Positions 18,494 through 29,100 of a DNA stretch of 64,000 nt are shown here, one piece after another. The stretch comes from an uncultured virus (IMG/VR IMGVR_UViG_3300009104_000005). Lineage: Duplodnaviria > Heunggongvirae > Uroviricota > Caudoviricetes. Under the pieces are notes generated by a model, which saw nothing but the letters and a program-made list of their open reading frames with translations, did not search any database and was not told where the DNA came from. The DNA lies in the IMG/VR virus record IMGVR_UViG_3300009104_000005; one strand, 5' to 3'. The position numbers were made by a program, and so were the translations under genes. Every line of letters begins with the position of its first letter. Position 1 is the first letter of the stretch.

Positions 18494-20881
18494 TCATAGC
18501 CCAATTGCAGACCAAAACACCTTCACGGTCACCGTATCGCCGGAGTGTGCTGGCGTCACTCGCAATTGAATGTATTGGTCGAAATCATTTCCGCTATTGT
18601 AATCAGCATAGACAGCGTATGTATTGACTACACTCGTACCTGGGTTATTGTCCTGACTGTCTGAAGATGTGACACCATAGACCTGTATAGGCATCTCAGC
18701 GTCACTACTGATAGTGCTATTGCTCTTGTAAGGGGTAGTCAGCACAATCTCTGCTACCTCATACTTCTCAGGGCTACTACTGTTCTCAGTCTCAACCAGC
18801 AATTTAGCAGACCTGAACTTCTGAAGGTGGAACAGGTTGACTATGATGGGTGTACTAGTACTACTATTGCTGGTGGTACCAGTAGCGTACTCGAAACCAA
18901 CCTTGTCCATTTGCAGGGTCGTCTCAGGAGTAGCCTGATTGACACCCAACTTACTGATGTTAACCTTACCTGCACCTGCACCGTCTACATGCAGAGTTGC
19001 ACTGTTATCATCTGATATCACCTTGAAGTCTAGGTCATCATGGTCCACATTGATGGTCACAGCAGCATCTGTGATGGTTATCTGGTCATCAAGGGATGAT
19101 GCTTGGTCATCTATACCAGGTAAAGTCGAAGACGCAGTAGGGATATCATAGAACTCTATAGCATTCTCTGCAGCGTTGACCCTTAGCCCTTTCAGACTAG
19201 CATCAAATGAAGCAGCAGCAGCATCGAAATCACTAGGTGTATCAGTCAGTGTTAGGAAGGTGGTTGCAGCAGCGGAAGTAGATGTTTCATATGCTGTGCG
19301 TAGCCATACACTACCCTCGAATATGAATGCAGCACGGAACTCAGGAGCAACTGTTGAGTTCAATCCACTAGGGTCGAAAACGATATTCCCTCCACCTGAA
19401 CTAGCACTGTTGACCACCTCTATTGTGTGCCCCTCAGGGAATAGATAGTTACTGCCACTCTTCTCTGGTGACAATGTCACGACTTTACTAGCAGCAGGAT
19501 TGAGGATGAATATCGAGTCACCGTATGATGTGATACTGTAAGTAATACTGGAACTGATGACAGCACTAGGAGCAGACACACCCTTACTGAACAATCTCTT
19601 GCTGACTAAATCACTCTCAGTATTATTCTGGCCTGCGAAGAACAATTCATCTTTCATTTGATTGGTACCTCTATCCAATCCATCACCAGGGCCAAACCCA
19701 TAACCCGTACCACCAACGAAATTAGTCTTCGTCATACCAGCAGTACCGCTATCTGTAAGAGTGACAGTCGTATTACCGGCTACACCACCCACAGCCTGAG
19801 TTGCAGTTACTACAGCCCCATCAACCGTGGCAGTAAATCTCGTTCCTGATGGACCTGATGATGTGTTAATGACATTCATCAGGTTAGTTGCAGTTACATC
19901 GTTTGATGTAGTGGCTTCAAATGTACCATTGACAGAACTCTGGTCACCCTGTACAAAGTCATAGTTAGTCCCATCAGTGGCAACTAAGTTCACCTTGTCA
20001 CCAGCATTTAGTTCAGTGAAGGCTGTAATAGTGATGGTAGCAGTGGCTCCCACTCCAGCCCCACTCTTAGATGTGGACATCCACATAGCGCCAGCATCAA
20101 TCAATGTACTACCATTTGTTGTTAGTCCTAACTTGCCAGGTTCAGAACCAAACAGTCCTCTAAGGTCTGCAGCAGACTGTACCCCATCAGTAGCATTTCT
20201 TCTTACTTGACTGACTTCAGTCCCATCAGTTACTATGGTTGATGAAGTGAGTGGGAACATGTATATCGGATTGTTTCTAAGGAAATGTCTCTTGTCATTA
20301 ACTTCCTGAATATCTACAAGATGGTTACCACCACCACTACTGACATGTTGGCATCTAACTGTTGCTAGGACTACTACCTGTTGGTTGTCTCTAGTTGTAC
20401 CTGTGTCATAGTTTGTGAGATATTGAGAAGGAATAGAAGGGTAGAGTCCAGTACTAACTTGGACTGGTGTTCCTCCAACGACATGAACTTGTGCATTACC
20501 ACCCTGAGAAGTCAGATATAAGACATAGATTGATTGTTCTCCACTGGCTGCAAGAGCAGTGCCTGTACCATCAGAGCCTAAAGTGATAGTAGCAGTGCCT
20601 CCTGGGCCTCCTGCGAACTCATACAATTGTCCGTCTAACACGACATACCCACCAGTTACAGTGAGAGTATAGGCAGTAGCCCTTACTACTGCTCCGGGCT
20701 GGTCATTGACAGCATTTCTAGTAGAACCATAGGCAGCATCTTGAAGTCTGATTATACCATTACCTCTGAGCCCTTGGAGGATATTAGTGAGTGTTGGTGA
20801 GGCTAGAGCATCACCATCTCTGAGCCCATCTCCACCTAGCGCATTGCCTGCTGCTGTATGTCCACTGAGAGGGTCTACCAT
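18494..20881 (-). CDS. Proximal tail fibre/baseplate attachment protein
   Basis: Position in the tail module; FLTLTDTP fibre-repeat motif; C-terminal FRSAKLLV...EIV domain similar to the C-terminus of 15014..18478. Confidence 0.7.
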   Translation of the reverse strand: MVDPLSGHTAAGNALGGDGLRDGDALASPTLTNILQGLRGNGIIRLQDAAYGSTRNAVNDQPGAVVRATAYTLTVTGGYVVLDGQLYEFAGGPGGTATITLGSDGTGTALAASGEQSIYVLYLTSQGGNAQVHVVGGTPVQVSTGLYPSIPSQYLTNYDTGTTRDNQQVVVLATVRCQHVSSGGGNHLVDIQEVNDKRHFLRNNPIYMFPLTSSTIVTDGTEVSQVRRNATDGVQSAADLRGLFGSEPGKLGLTTNGSTLIDAGAMWMSTSKSGAGVGATATITITAFTELNAGDKVNLVATDGTNYDFVQGDQSSVNGTFEATTSNDVTATNLMNVINTSSGPSGTRFTATVDGAVVTATQAVGGVAGNTTVTLTDSGTAGMTKTNFVGGTGYGFGPGDGLDRGTNQMKDELFFAGQNNTESDLVSKRLFSKGVSAPSAVISSSITYSITSYGDSIFILNPAASKVVTLSPEKSGSNYLFPEGHTIEVVNSASSGGGNIVFDPSGLNSTVAPEFRAAFIFEGSVWLRTAYETSTSAAATTFLTLTDTPSDFDAAAASFDASLKGLRVNAAENAIEFYDIPTASSTLPGIDDQASSLDDQITITDAAVTINVDHDDLDFKVISDDNSATLHVDGAGAGKVNISKLGVNQATPETTLQMDKVGFEYATGTTSNSSTSTPIIVNLFHLQKFRSAKLLVETENSSSPEKYEVAEIVLTTPYKSNSTISSDAEMPIQVYGVTSSDSQDNNPGTSVVNTYAVYADYNSGNDFDQYIQLRVTPAHSGDTVTVKVFWSAIGL

Positions 20882-20883
20882 AC

Positions 20884-21069
20884 CTATCTACTCCTTGCCA
20901 CCCTAGTCAATCCAATCTGCCTACGCATCTTCGGACGCCGCACCCCGATTTTACTGTGCCTACGATACTGTCGGCTCTTCCTCTTCTTCTGATTCTTCTG
21001 AGACATCCTCTTGACTCTGGCTTGAGCCAATTTGGCGGGCCTCTGTGAAATGTAACTCTTGGCCATCAC
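20884..21069 (-). CDS. Small, very basic protein
   Basis: 61 aa, over one third Arg/Lys, no Asp/Glu. Overlaps the upstream stop; GGAGGT RBS. Confidence 0.65.
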   Translation of the reverse strand: MMAKSYISQRPAKLAQARVKRMSQKNQKKRKSRQYRRHSKIGVRRPKMRRQIGLTRVARSR

Positions 21070-21413
21070 TCTACCTCCAGTATGAATGAGAACTTGACCT
21101 CGTTCTGCCCGTCCTTAGTGAATGCTGGCAAGGCTGTACGATATACTGGTATGAATTCCCCAGTAGTAGCATCTTTGTATTGTAGGTAAACCTCTTGTAT
21201 ATCAGTGGAATAGATATGACTAGAGTCAAAAGTCCCCTCGATTAGAAGACTGTTATCATCTAGAATTCTGACAGTGGGAGTAACTGTAGCCAAGGTTCTA
21301 GAACCACCATCATCTACACTAGCAACTGTACCATCACTACCAATATGCAACTCATTGACTAGGCCTGATAGATGTTCTACCAATCTCCTTTTGATTGAGT
21401 TCAACATTGGCAT
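21066..21413 (-). CDS. Putative tail/baseplate protein
   Basis: Coupled ORF in the tail module; IGSDGT...EVYL...FTKD pattern. Confidence 0.6.
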   Translation of the reverse strand: MPMLNSIKRRLVEHLSGLVNELHIGSDGTVASVDDGGSRTLATVTPTVRILDDNSLLIEGTFDSSHIYSTDIQEVYLQYKDATTGEFIPVYRTALPAFTKDGQNEVKFSFILEVE

Positions 21414-23188
21414 TAGAACATCCTCACTTTCATCGTATTCTTCACAGTTCTCATCTCATGCCCTCTACTTCTGAGCAATCTTATGGATAGACCGTCTGAG
21501 GAGACAGTCGTCCCCGAAGGGGCCTGTACTGTCACGCCTGTGAATGTTGTGCTGGTTTTGCCTGTATATCGAACATGTTTATCACCATCGACTCTTTCAA
21601 CCACAAGATATCCTGCATTTGGAAAACCTGCTGTGGAAGATACTGTTATGGTACCATTATTGTAAGTACCACCTGTCAACCTAGGAGTCAGGCCAGTCCC
21701 TATAGCAGCACGACCAGCACCATTGCCTGTGTCATAGTTCCTATGCCCAATGAGGAACCCACTATGGATATCATTACCGGCACTAGTGAGAGTGTAAGGC
21801 TCGCTTCTAACTCTACTAGTGATACTAGATATATTTCTAGTTGACATTCTACCTCTAACTCTGAACATGGCTTTACCACCACTACCCATCTCTAATATTT
21901 TGACCTTATCATTGGGGACAGTGGGTTCTTCATCATCCAGTCTTGAGTTATGGTCAATTAGCACCCTTTCAATACCGCTCTCATATGATAATAATTGGAA
22001 GTTACTACTCATAGTTTCCAAATTATGTTCTACTTCCAGTACCGCCTTTCTACTAACCCTACCATCTATAGGGCTTCTATACTCAATGATATCACTAGGG
22101 TACAACTCCCAGGCCATCTGGTGCCCATTACTCTTGATTACACCCTGCGCTTTTCTATTGAGACGGAGTAGTTGATTCGCAGAGCGTCTAGAAGCAGTGA
22201 GTGTAGTTGCTGCAGGGTCAAAGACTCTCATGGTCTTCACTACCCCATCCCTCTTCTGCATCTCTACATCATTGACTGTGACCCTATTGTTGTCATTATC
22301 TGCTACAACTTTACCCTTGACTGATACACTGTTAGCCACATCTATAACAGAATCTTTCTTCACATTGGACGCGATGAGGGGGTCTATCTGTTTGTCTACA
22401 TTCGAGAATCCATCAGGAGCGTAAATGAAATTTCCATATCTGTCGAAGAAAATGTGGTAATTGTCATGTCTACTGATGAATCTAGCAGCATCTGGAATCG
22501 TGGTTGAAATGAAATTCTTAGATAGGAATCTATGGGAATGTTTAGCAAGACTAGCCCCTTTGTAAGTAGTAACTTCCTCAGTCCTAGGTCCAGCGAATGG
22601 TCTACCTACAGATATAGAGTTCAATGAGTGATTTTTCCCATCGAATAATTTCATGACCAGGTCACTGGTTCTCATTCCCACATTTATTATCTGCCCAGCA
22701 TGAACACTATTACCTGTGATGAAACTACTACTGACCCCAGATGGAGTAAGTCCCTTTAGATTCCGGAAGTCCAGCCTACTACCTTTACTCACAGTAGTTA
22801 CTGTGTCAGGTATCATTCTACCACCATCAGACATTAAGAAAATTGGGGGCGTTACACCTGTGATAAGTCTAGTGTCTGAGAAGAAAGGTGGGATGTTACT
22901 CTTGACTCCAGCAGCCGATGAGTGGTTCAATATCACTGAACTTTCTTCTTCTATGATATTGTAAGCCCTCTCATTAGTGACTTGGAAATCAGTACTGATA
23001 GGTCTATCCACAGTCATATATTGCCCTGTAGTGTTATTGTTTCTCTTGTATACAGCATGATGCACAGTATTATCTACGAACTTTGCTGCAGATATCTTAG
23101 AGCCTACACTATCTTTGACATCATCATCCCGCCCACCTGGGACACTAGATTGGTCACCAAATATAGGGAAATCAGCAGCACCAACCAT
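21413..23188 (-). CDS. Putative tail tip/hub protein
   Basis: FFDRYGNFIY, VANSVSVKG and PSDIIEY motifs recall phage tail-hub proteins. C-terminal VSSTAGFPNAGY...YTGKTSTTFTGV domain. Confidence 0.62.
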   Translation of the reverse strand: MVGAADFPIFGDQSSVPGGRDDDVKDSVGSKISAAKFVDNTVHHAVYKRNNNTTGQYMTVDRPISTDFQVTNERAYNIIEEESSVILNHSSAAGVKSNIPPFFSDTRLITGVTPPIFLMSDGGRMIPDTVTTVSKGSRLDFRNLKGLTPSGVSSSFITGNSVHAGQIINVGMRTSDLVMKLFDGKNHSLNSISVGRPFAGPRTEEVTTYKGASLAKHSHRFLSKNFISTTIPDAARFISRHDNYHIFFDRYGNFIYAPDGFSNVDKQIDPLIASNVKKDSVIDVANSVSVKGKVVADNDNNRVTVNDVEMQKRDGVVKTMRVFDPAATTLTASRRSANQLLRLNRKAQGVIKSNGHQMAWELYPSDIIEYRSPIDGRVSRKAVLEVEHNLETMSSNFQLLSYESGIERVLIDHNSRLDDEEPTVPNDKVKILEMGSGGKAMFRVRGRMSTRNISSITSRVRSEPYTLTSAGNDIHSGFLIGHRNYDTGNGAGRAAIGTGLTPRLTGGTYNNGTITVSSTAGFPNAGYLVVERVDGDKHVRYTGKTSTTFTGVTVQAPSGTTVSSDGLSIRLLRSRGHEMRTVKNTMKVRMF

Positions 23189-26100
23189 CAGCCATCCACC
23201 TCATTGTCAGTATGAGAACTCTCTCCACTGTGGTCACTCTTGTTGAGGTTGGTTCCTGGATAGAGGGACTGAGTATAGCGTGGCTGGACAGTGAAGTCAC
23301 CTCTCCTGTTAGCATCAGCCCTTAGATGCTGAAGTGTGTTGTCACTGATGCTAATTCTAGCAACTGTTTGTTTCAAACTGTTAGTGAAACCACTGGCCTC
23401 AGTACCAGGAATCTTAGGTCCTGCACTAGAAGTAGCGGTATATGCACCACCAGATGCAAAGAAGTAAGCAGGAGCATAAGGTGGATTATCCACTGCTGGA
23501 TTGCTACTCCTTAGGAACCTACTACTGGTAGTAGCCCTAGCGCTAGGTGTGCTGTAAGTGAATAGCCCATACTTACCACCAGCAGTACCAGATAGGGCAT
23601 TGGTCTTATCTCTGAAGACCTCCACATGTCTGTGGTCTAGGATACGCACTGGTCTAAGTAGGAATCGAATGAGTTTGTCTGTAGGATTAGTACGATAGGA
23701 CAGTGAATTGTGGTCACCAGATTGATACGGATTGCTTCCTCTATCTGCAGGTTGACTCAAGGGGGCTCCCCAACCTAGGTCACTGACTGGTTCCATGTAG
23801 TTCTCTAGGTCGAGGATGAGTGTCCCACCCATAGGCCATATACCATGAGTGTAATTGAGTCTCATGACTGGCTTGTAGGATGAGAAGTGAAGTTCTGTTA
23901 AGTCAAAATCACCCACGACCTTGTTGCTATCATCAGTGTCTATACCCCCTGCTACTATGTATCTACGACCTACCACTCTATCAGTATGTAGACTATGGGC
24001 TTCCGTCCCAAGAGCGATGTGTGTATTCACAATATCTCCTGTATTCTCTCCTACAGTCAAAGCATCGAGTCCAATTCGAGGAGCGATACGGGATACTGGT
24101 TCTTGTAGGGCCTCACTTGCTGGTAGTAAATCGTTAGTAGCCTTCTCTACATTGGAACCTGCCATGGCTTCTGGTTTCAACAGACCATCATCAGCATGTA
24201 CATCTAATCTCCTACTAATCCCTCTCGGTACCTCATTGAGTTGTAAGTCATCATTGCGTGCACGAGTATAGCCATTACCTAGGGGTGGCTCTGCAGTATT
24301 GGATGAGAGTACTAAACCAGTAGCATCCATGATAGTGTCCACTTCTTGTAGTACATCTTCATTGAATACCGTAGGCCATCTAACTCCTCTCCCATCACCT
24401 CTATCTCCCACCCTCTTGGCTGTGGCAGGGTCAAAGAAACTGATATCAGCATGAGCAAAACCATGCCCTACAGGTACTGCGAAATTTTGGTCTGAATTGA
24501 TATCTCTATCCGCCTCACTATATGCGTCTTCAGGGTCCCAAGCCGGTCTGATACCAAACCCTCTCACTGGAAGCCTGCGTACATCCTCTCCAGTAGTATT
24601 GCCCCACCAATCAGTCATGTAGTGAGCAAGGGCTGTGGCTAAGTCCCTCCTCCTATTGGTAATATCAGTATCAGCAGAGGCTACTCCCGCCACATAATCT
24701 CCTTGGTGGTGGCGTATAGCATAGGGGTCATTGACAATATTCCTGACAGCACAGCCGAATGGTCTACACATCCTTCTGCCGTGGCTATACTTGACTTGTT
24801 GCCCTTTCAAATCAGAACCGATTAAGGCTGAAGCATTGGTCAATCTCTCAATAACACCAGAGTAACCTGCCGAAGTGGATAAGTCAGTCTCAGTAGAAGT
24901 GTTAGCACTAGTGGATGGGGTGAAGATATCAGCGGTAACTGCATCATTCTGTACATATGGTCCGAACCTGTAACCAGCATGCTCATTGTCGTAGTTGTCA
25001 TCGAACCCTTGGGTAGACCAAAGAGCAGCCCTTGGCCTATTGAAGGGCCCTCTGATACAGAAACGGTGGCCGAAGGCAGCATTTCTTTTCGTCTTGTACC
25101 CATAATCAAATGTAACAGCACCTGAAAGGGCATGATTCACATTCACAGTGAACTGTGTTGCACTATCAATACTAACAATCTTGGGTAGTGTCCCCCAGCC
25201 TCCAGACCCAGAAACTGGGAGGATTGACAATCCTACTACTAGACCAGCAGTAGAAGACACTGTTACTGTCGCTGCACCAGCAACCAAAGTAGCACTAGCC
25301 GTATCGTATTCTGCCGCTTTGATATTGTCAGTCTGGGTAGAAGCACTCTCGTATGAGAACTCTGTCGCATTTTGCCCTTGTATGATGTGGTCCGAATCCC
25401 AGAACCTACCCCACCCAGGACCAGCAGTACCCCAAAGGTCCATCCTACTAGCCTGAGCACCAAACCTAGAACCACCAGGCCAGAATGCACCATAATGATA
25501 CTTCAAACTGTTAGCAGTACGGGCTTGAGGCATCCAATCTGTCCCATCACCCATATCATCAGCGTCTTCAATATTATCTCCAGGCAAGTCCCAACCATAA
25601 CCTCTGAAATCAAAGGGCCCGTCACTGATAACATATCCGAAGTCGTGGTAATGTACAGTCTCGTAATGCTCAGGTAGATGGTTGTAAGGAGCCTTGTCTA
25701 TAGCGGCAGCGGTCATGCTCGCTCTACTGTCAGAATAGTATGTCATAGGTCTACCAAGATTATAGTGCCACATAGATAGATAGGCATCAGGTAGATGACC
25801 AGTCCCAGTATCACCACTACCTGTTCTTAGGTCCTGTATATGATGAGCAGCGATGCTGGATAGTTTGTTGGTATAGACTTCTCCCGATTTTCTAGTGGTC
25901 CCAGTCAGTGTTATTATGGCATTTTCAGTACAGGCATCCCAGAACTGTTGTGACCCATTCACACCATAGAATCTGTTAGTAGTCGTATTTTCGAGACCAC
26001 TGGCTTGCCCACGATGCTCGTAACTGGCCTCGTACCCCCCGACACTCAATTTGCAGTCATTGTATCTTTTGCTAACTTCCGGGAATAGATTGTTGTTATC

Positions 26101-29100
26101 TACTAGTATCTGGCCATCACTTATTGACAAACTGTTACCACTAGTTTGAGTATACTTGACCTTACAAGTGGGATTAAGTGACTCATAGGAATGTAGATAC
26201 GGGTTTAGATAATGGGTAGGATAGCCAGTCATGACTGACTGTGCACCCACAGAGCCATAACCAGTGCGACAGAAGTGATAGTATTGGTCAGGATGATAGT
26301 GTTCAACATTTCTCCAATTGAGTGAGTCACCTGCTGCACCACTACTAGCCCCAGCAAAGACACCACTTGTGAGTGTCCCACCAGCAGTGGTATACGATGG
26401 TGACCACCAAGGCACCGTAAGAGTATAGCCTGGACTAGCAAGTTGGAACATGCCAGGGTAGTAAGGTAGACTCTTGCGACTCCAAACAGGTGAGGTAGAC
26501 TCATTCACTCCTAATGGGTTATAAAGCCCTAATGTCGGGAGGCTGGTAAATTGCTGATTAGGTGATGGGTCTATGTCCAGCATCACCTCATTCAGGTAGA
26601 CTTCACAGCCTCTGACATCAGCCTTGAGAGCCTCAGCCAATACGAAATCATAGGTGGCACCGTTCCACTGCAAGGCTATGACTGTGGCCACTTGTTGGTC
26701 AGTGAGGAGGGGGTATTGGGTACCAGTATCAGCCCCGAAGTCATAGTTGGTGTTGAACCCCATGAGTTGTTGAGCAAATAGGTTAGGTTGGATGATAATC
26801 TGATAAGCACCAGTCTCTAGTGGGTCAGGGAAGTTCCAATGGGTACTATAATTGGTACCAGCCTCCAGTTTGAGTCTATGGTTACCGCTGTTATTCTCAT
26901 CATCGAAGGCTAGTATACCATAGCCATCATATCTCACCTTGGTCTCTACCATCAGAGTAAATGCGCCGCCATGGATATCAGACGGTGGATGTGGGCTAGA
27001 TGGTGACGAGAACCACATCAGGGCATTGACCCCTACACCCTCTTGTTCCAGAAGGTCACCATCATCATTAGCAGTCAGGCTCTCAACTACTGAGGTATAC
27101 TTCTGTTTCTGTTCTATGCTAGTAGTAGCACTTTGGTAAGCCCTATTGAGGTTGTAGACTCTCTGATAGAGGGGGTGAGATAGATGACCTGGCATCACTG
27201 CCATGGTAGGCATTACATAGTGGTGCCCCATTCGAGGTACGGGCATTGGTGTCAATCTATCGTCGCGTATGGCCTTTGCTGGGCTCTCGCTGACACCAAC
27301 GCCCACCCAATCAATCGGCGCTTTATCTGGGCTTTCGCCACTGACCTCAGCATGGTCTCTGAGTCTCCTAGAAGCAAAGTGACGGGTGCTTCCAGCAGGG
27401 ACATAGAATGAGGGCTTCATTGTATCTCCATTGGTGGCCGAGAAGCCTGGAGTGAACTTACATCCAGTGAATGTTGAACCATTTACCCCTGTGAATGATA
27501 CCACATGACCATTGACAGTGAGGAATGACCTACCATCTGCTGTCTGGTCGGCTTCCCATATCGTAGCAGTCACAGTTCCACTAGCAGTCAAAACTGAGCC
27601 ACTCACACTCACGAATGTCAGAGGGTTGTGAGTCATGTCACTAGTGGTAACTCCACTAGTAGTAGTACTGACTATACCCAAGGGCTCCCTCTCGGTATAA
27701 CCCCACCCCATCTTGGTCAAATGGAAGTAGAGTGCTCTATCATGTGGCTCATAAGAGGTCTGTAGAGGGGCTTGGTTATCCATACCTCCACTCTTACTGT
27801 AAGGGAAGCCCGTACCCACTTCACTAGTCTCAATATTGTCTACTCTTTCCCACCCCTCATTCTCCCAGAATGGGTTAGTCGATGGGTTCTCATTGGTTGA
27901 ATCGAAGTTACCGCTTACTACAGCGTCAGGTAGGTCAGGTCTTTGAAGTCCACCAGTACCCATGGTCTCATGTTGGTAGGCCTGTACCTTATCGAAACCA
28001 CTTCTTACTAGGATGTTACCTGGAATGGTGTTAGGGTTAGGTAGATTGATAGACAGATTTGGCTCATTACCAGAGCCTGCCAAAGCAGGGCCTTCGATAT
28101 CTCTCTCTCCTACCCTTGAGAAGTCCCTAATGACAGTACCAAGCGGGGAACCCCCCTCTATCTTGTGCTCTTGACCAGAGTCATCAATCACTATGATAGC
28201 CTCGAACTGTACCTCCTCGTTAGGTATAGATAGGGCAGCCCCTATCTCCACTGGGTATTTCTCTGCTAACTGAGGGTGGGCTAACTCCTGAGCCTGTACA
28301 GTAGGGAATACTGCAGCGTTGGTGCTCTCGAATGAGAAACGAGTGTTACCATAGATAGTCTCTCCGAACTTCACATAGGAACTACCTACCTTCCGCCATA
28401 CCCAAGGCACAGCACCCAGCCCTCTAGCATTAGGTGCTGGTAAGCATAGGTTACCGCCACCCATCCTCTTCCAAACTACATGATTAGTGGAAAAATTTCG
28501 AGCAGCACTCTTACCCTTCCAGAAAGCGTAAGGGTCTGCTAAGACTGCAGATTGTGCTGCTAAAGCACTAGAGCCTATGTCATTGTGATTGATAGGGTCC
28601 TCCTGTGGGTAATGAGCCACTCCTGGATTTTCTATTCTGTCGAAAAACAGGTCTCCCGTAGGGAACAGACAAGATTCCATCGGATACATTTCACCAGCGA
28701 CTGGTGGGTTAGATGCCCACTCACCATTACTATTGGAAGCGGGAGGAGCGAAATCCTTAGCATATTGTGCGTCCACATGAGGACCACCATGAGCATATGC
28801 AGCAAATCTGTCATTATTGTGCCTAGCACTATGAGAGGCTATCACTGTACCACCAGTCTTGTTACTAGCAGCCCACCTCTTGTCTAGCATATCTCCGCAA
28901 AGCAGTAGACCATCTCTATCGGCCTTGGCTATGATAGGTAGTTCTGCCTCGTTGGATACTACAACATAATGTCTGGGGTGTAACCCACTGTTTAGACCAG
29001 TAGAATCTTGAGTGAATGAGGCTGTAGCCCCGGTTTGTGTATAAGCAGCCGTTGCTCCATTGAGAGCGTGGACTCCCATAGCACTTCCATATGGATTGAA

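Noticed and set aside
20884..21069. Ribosomal protein eL39/eL41 homolog
   Set aside because: Only compositional similarity; the characteristic eL39 Trp/Pro motifs are absent.
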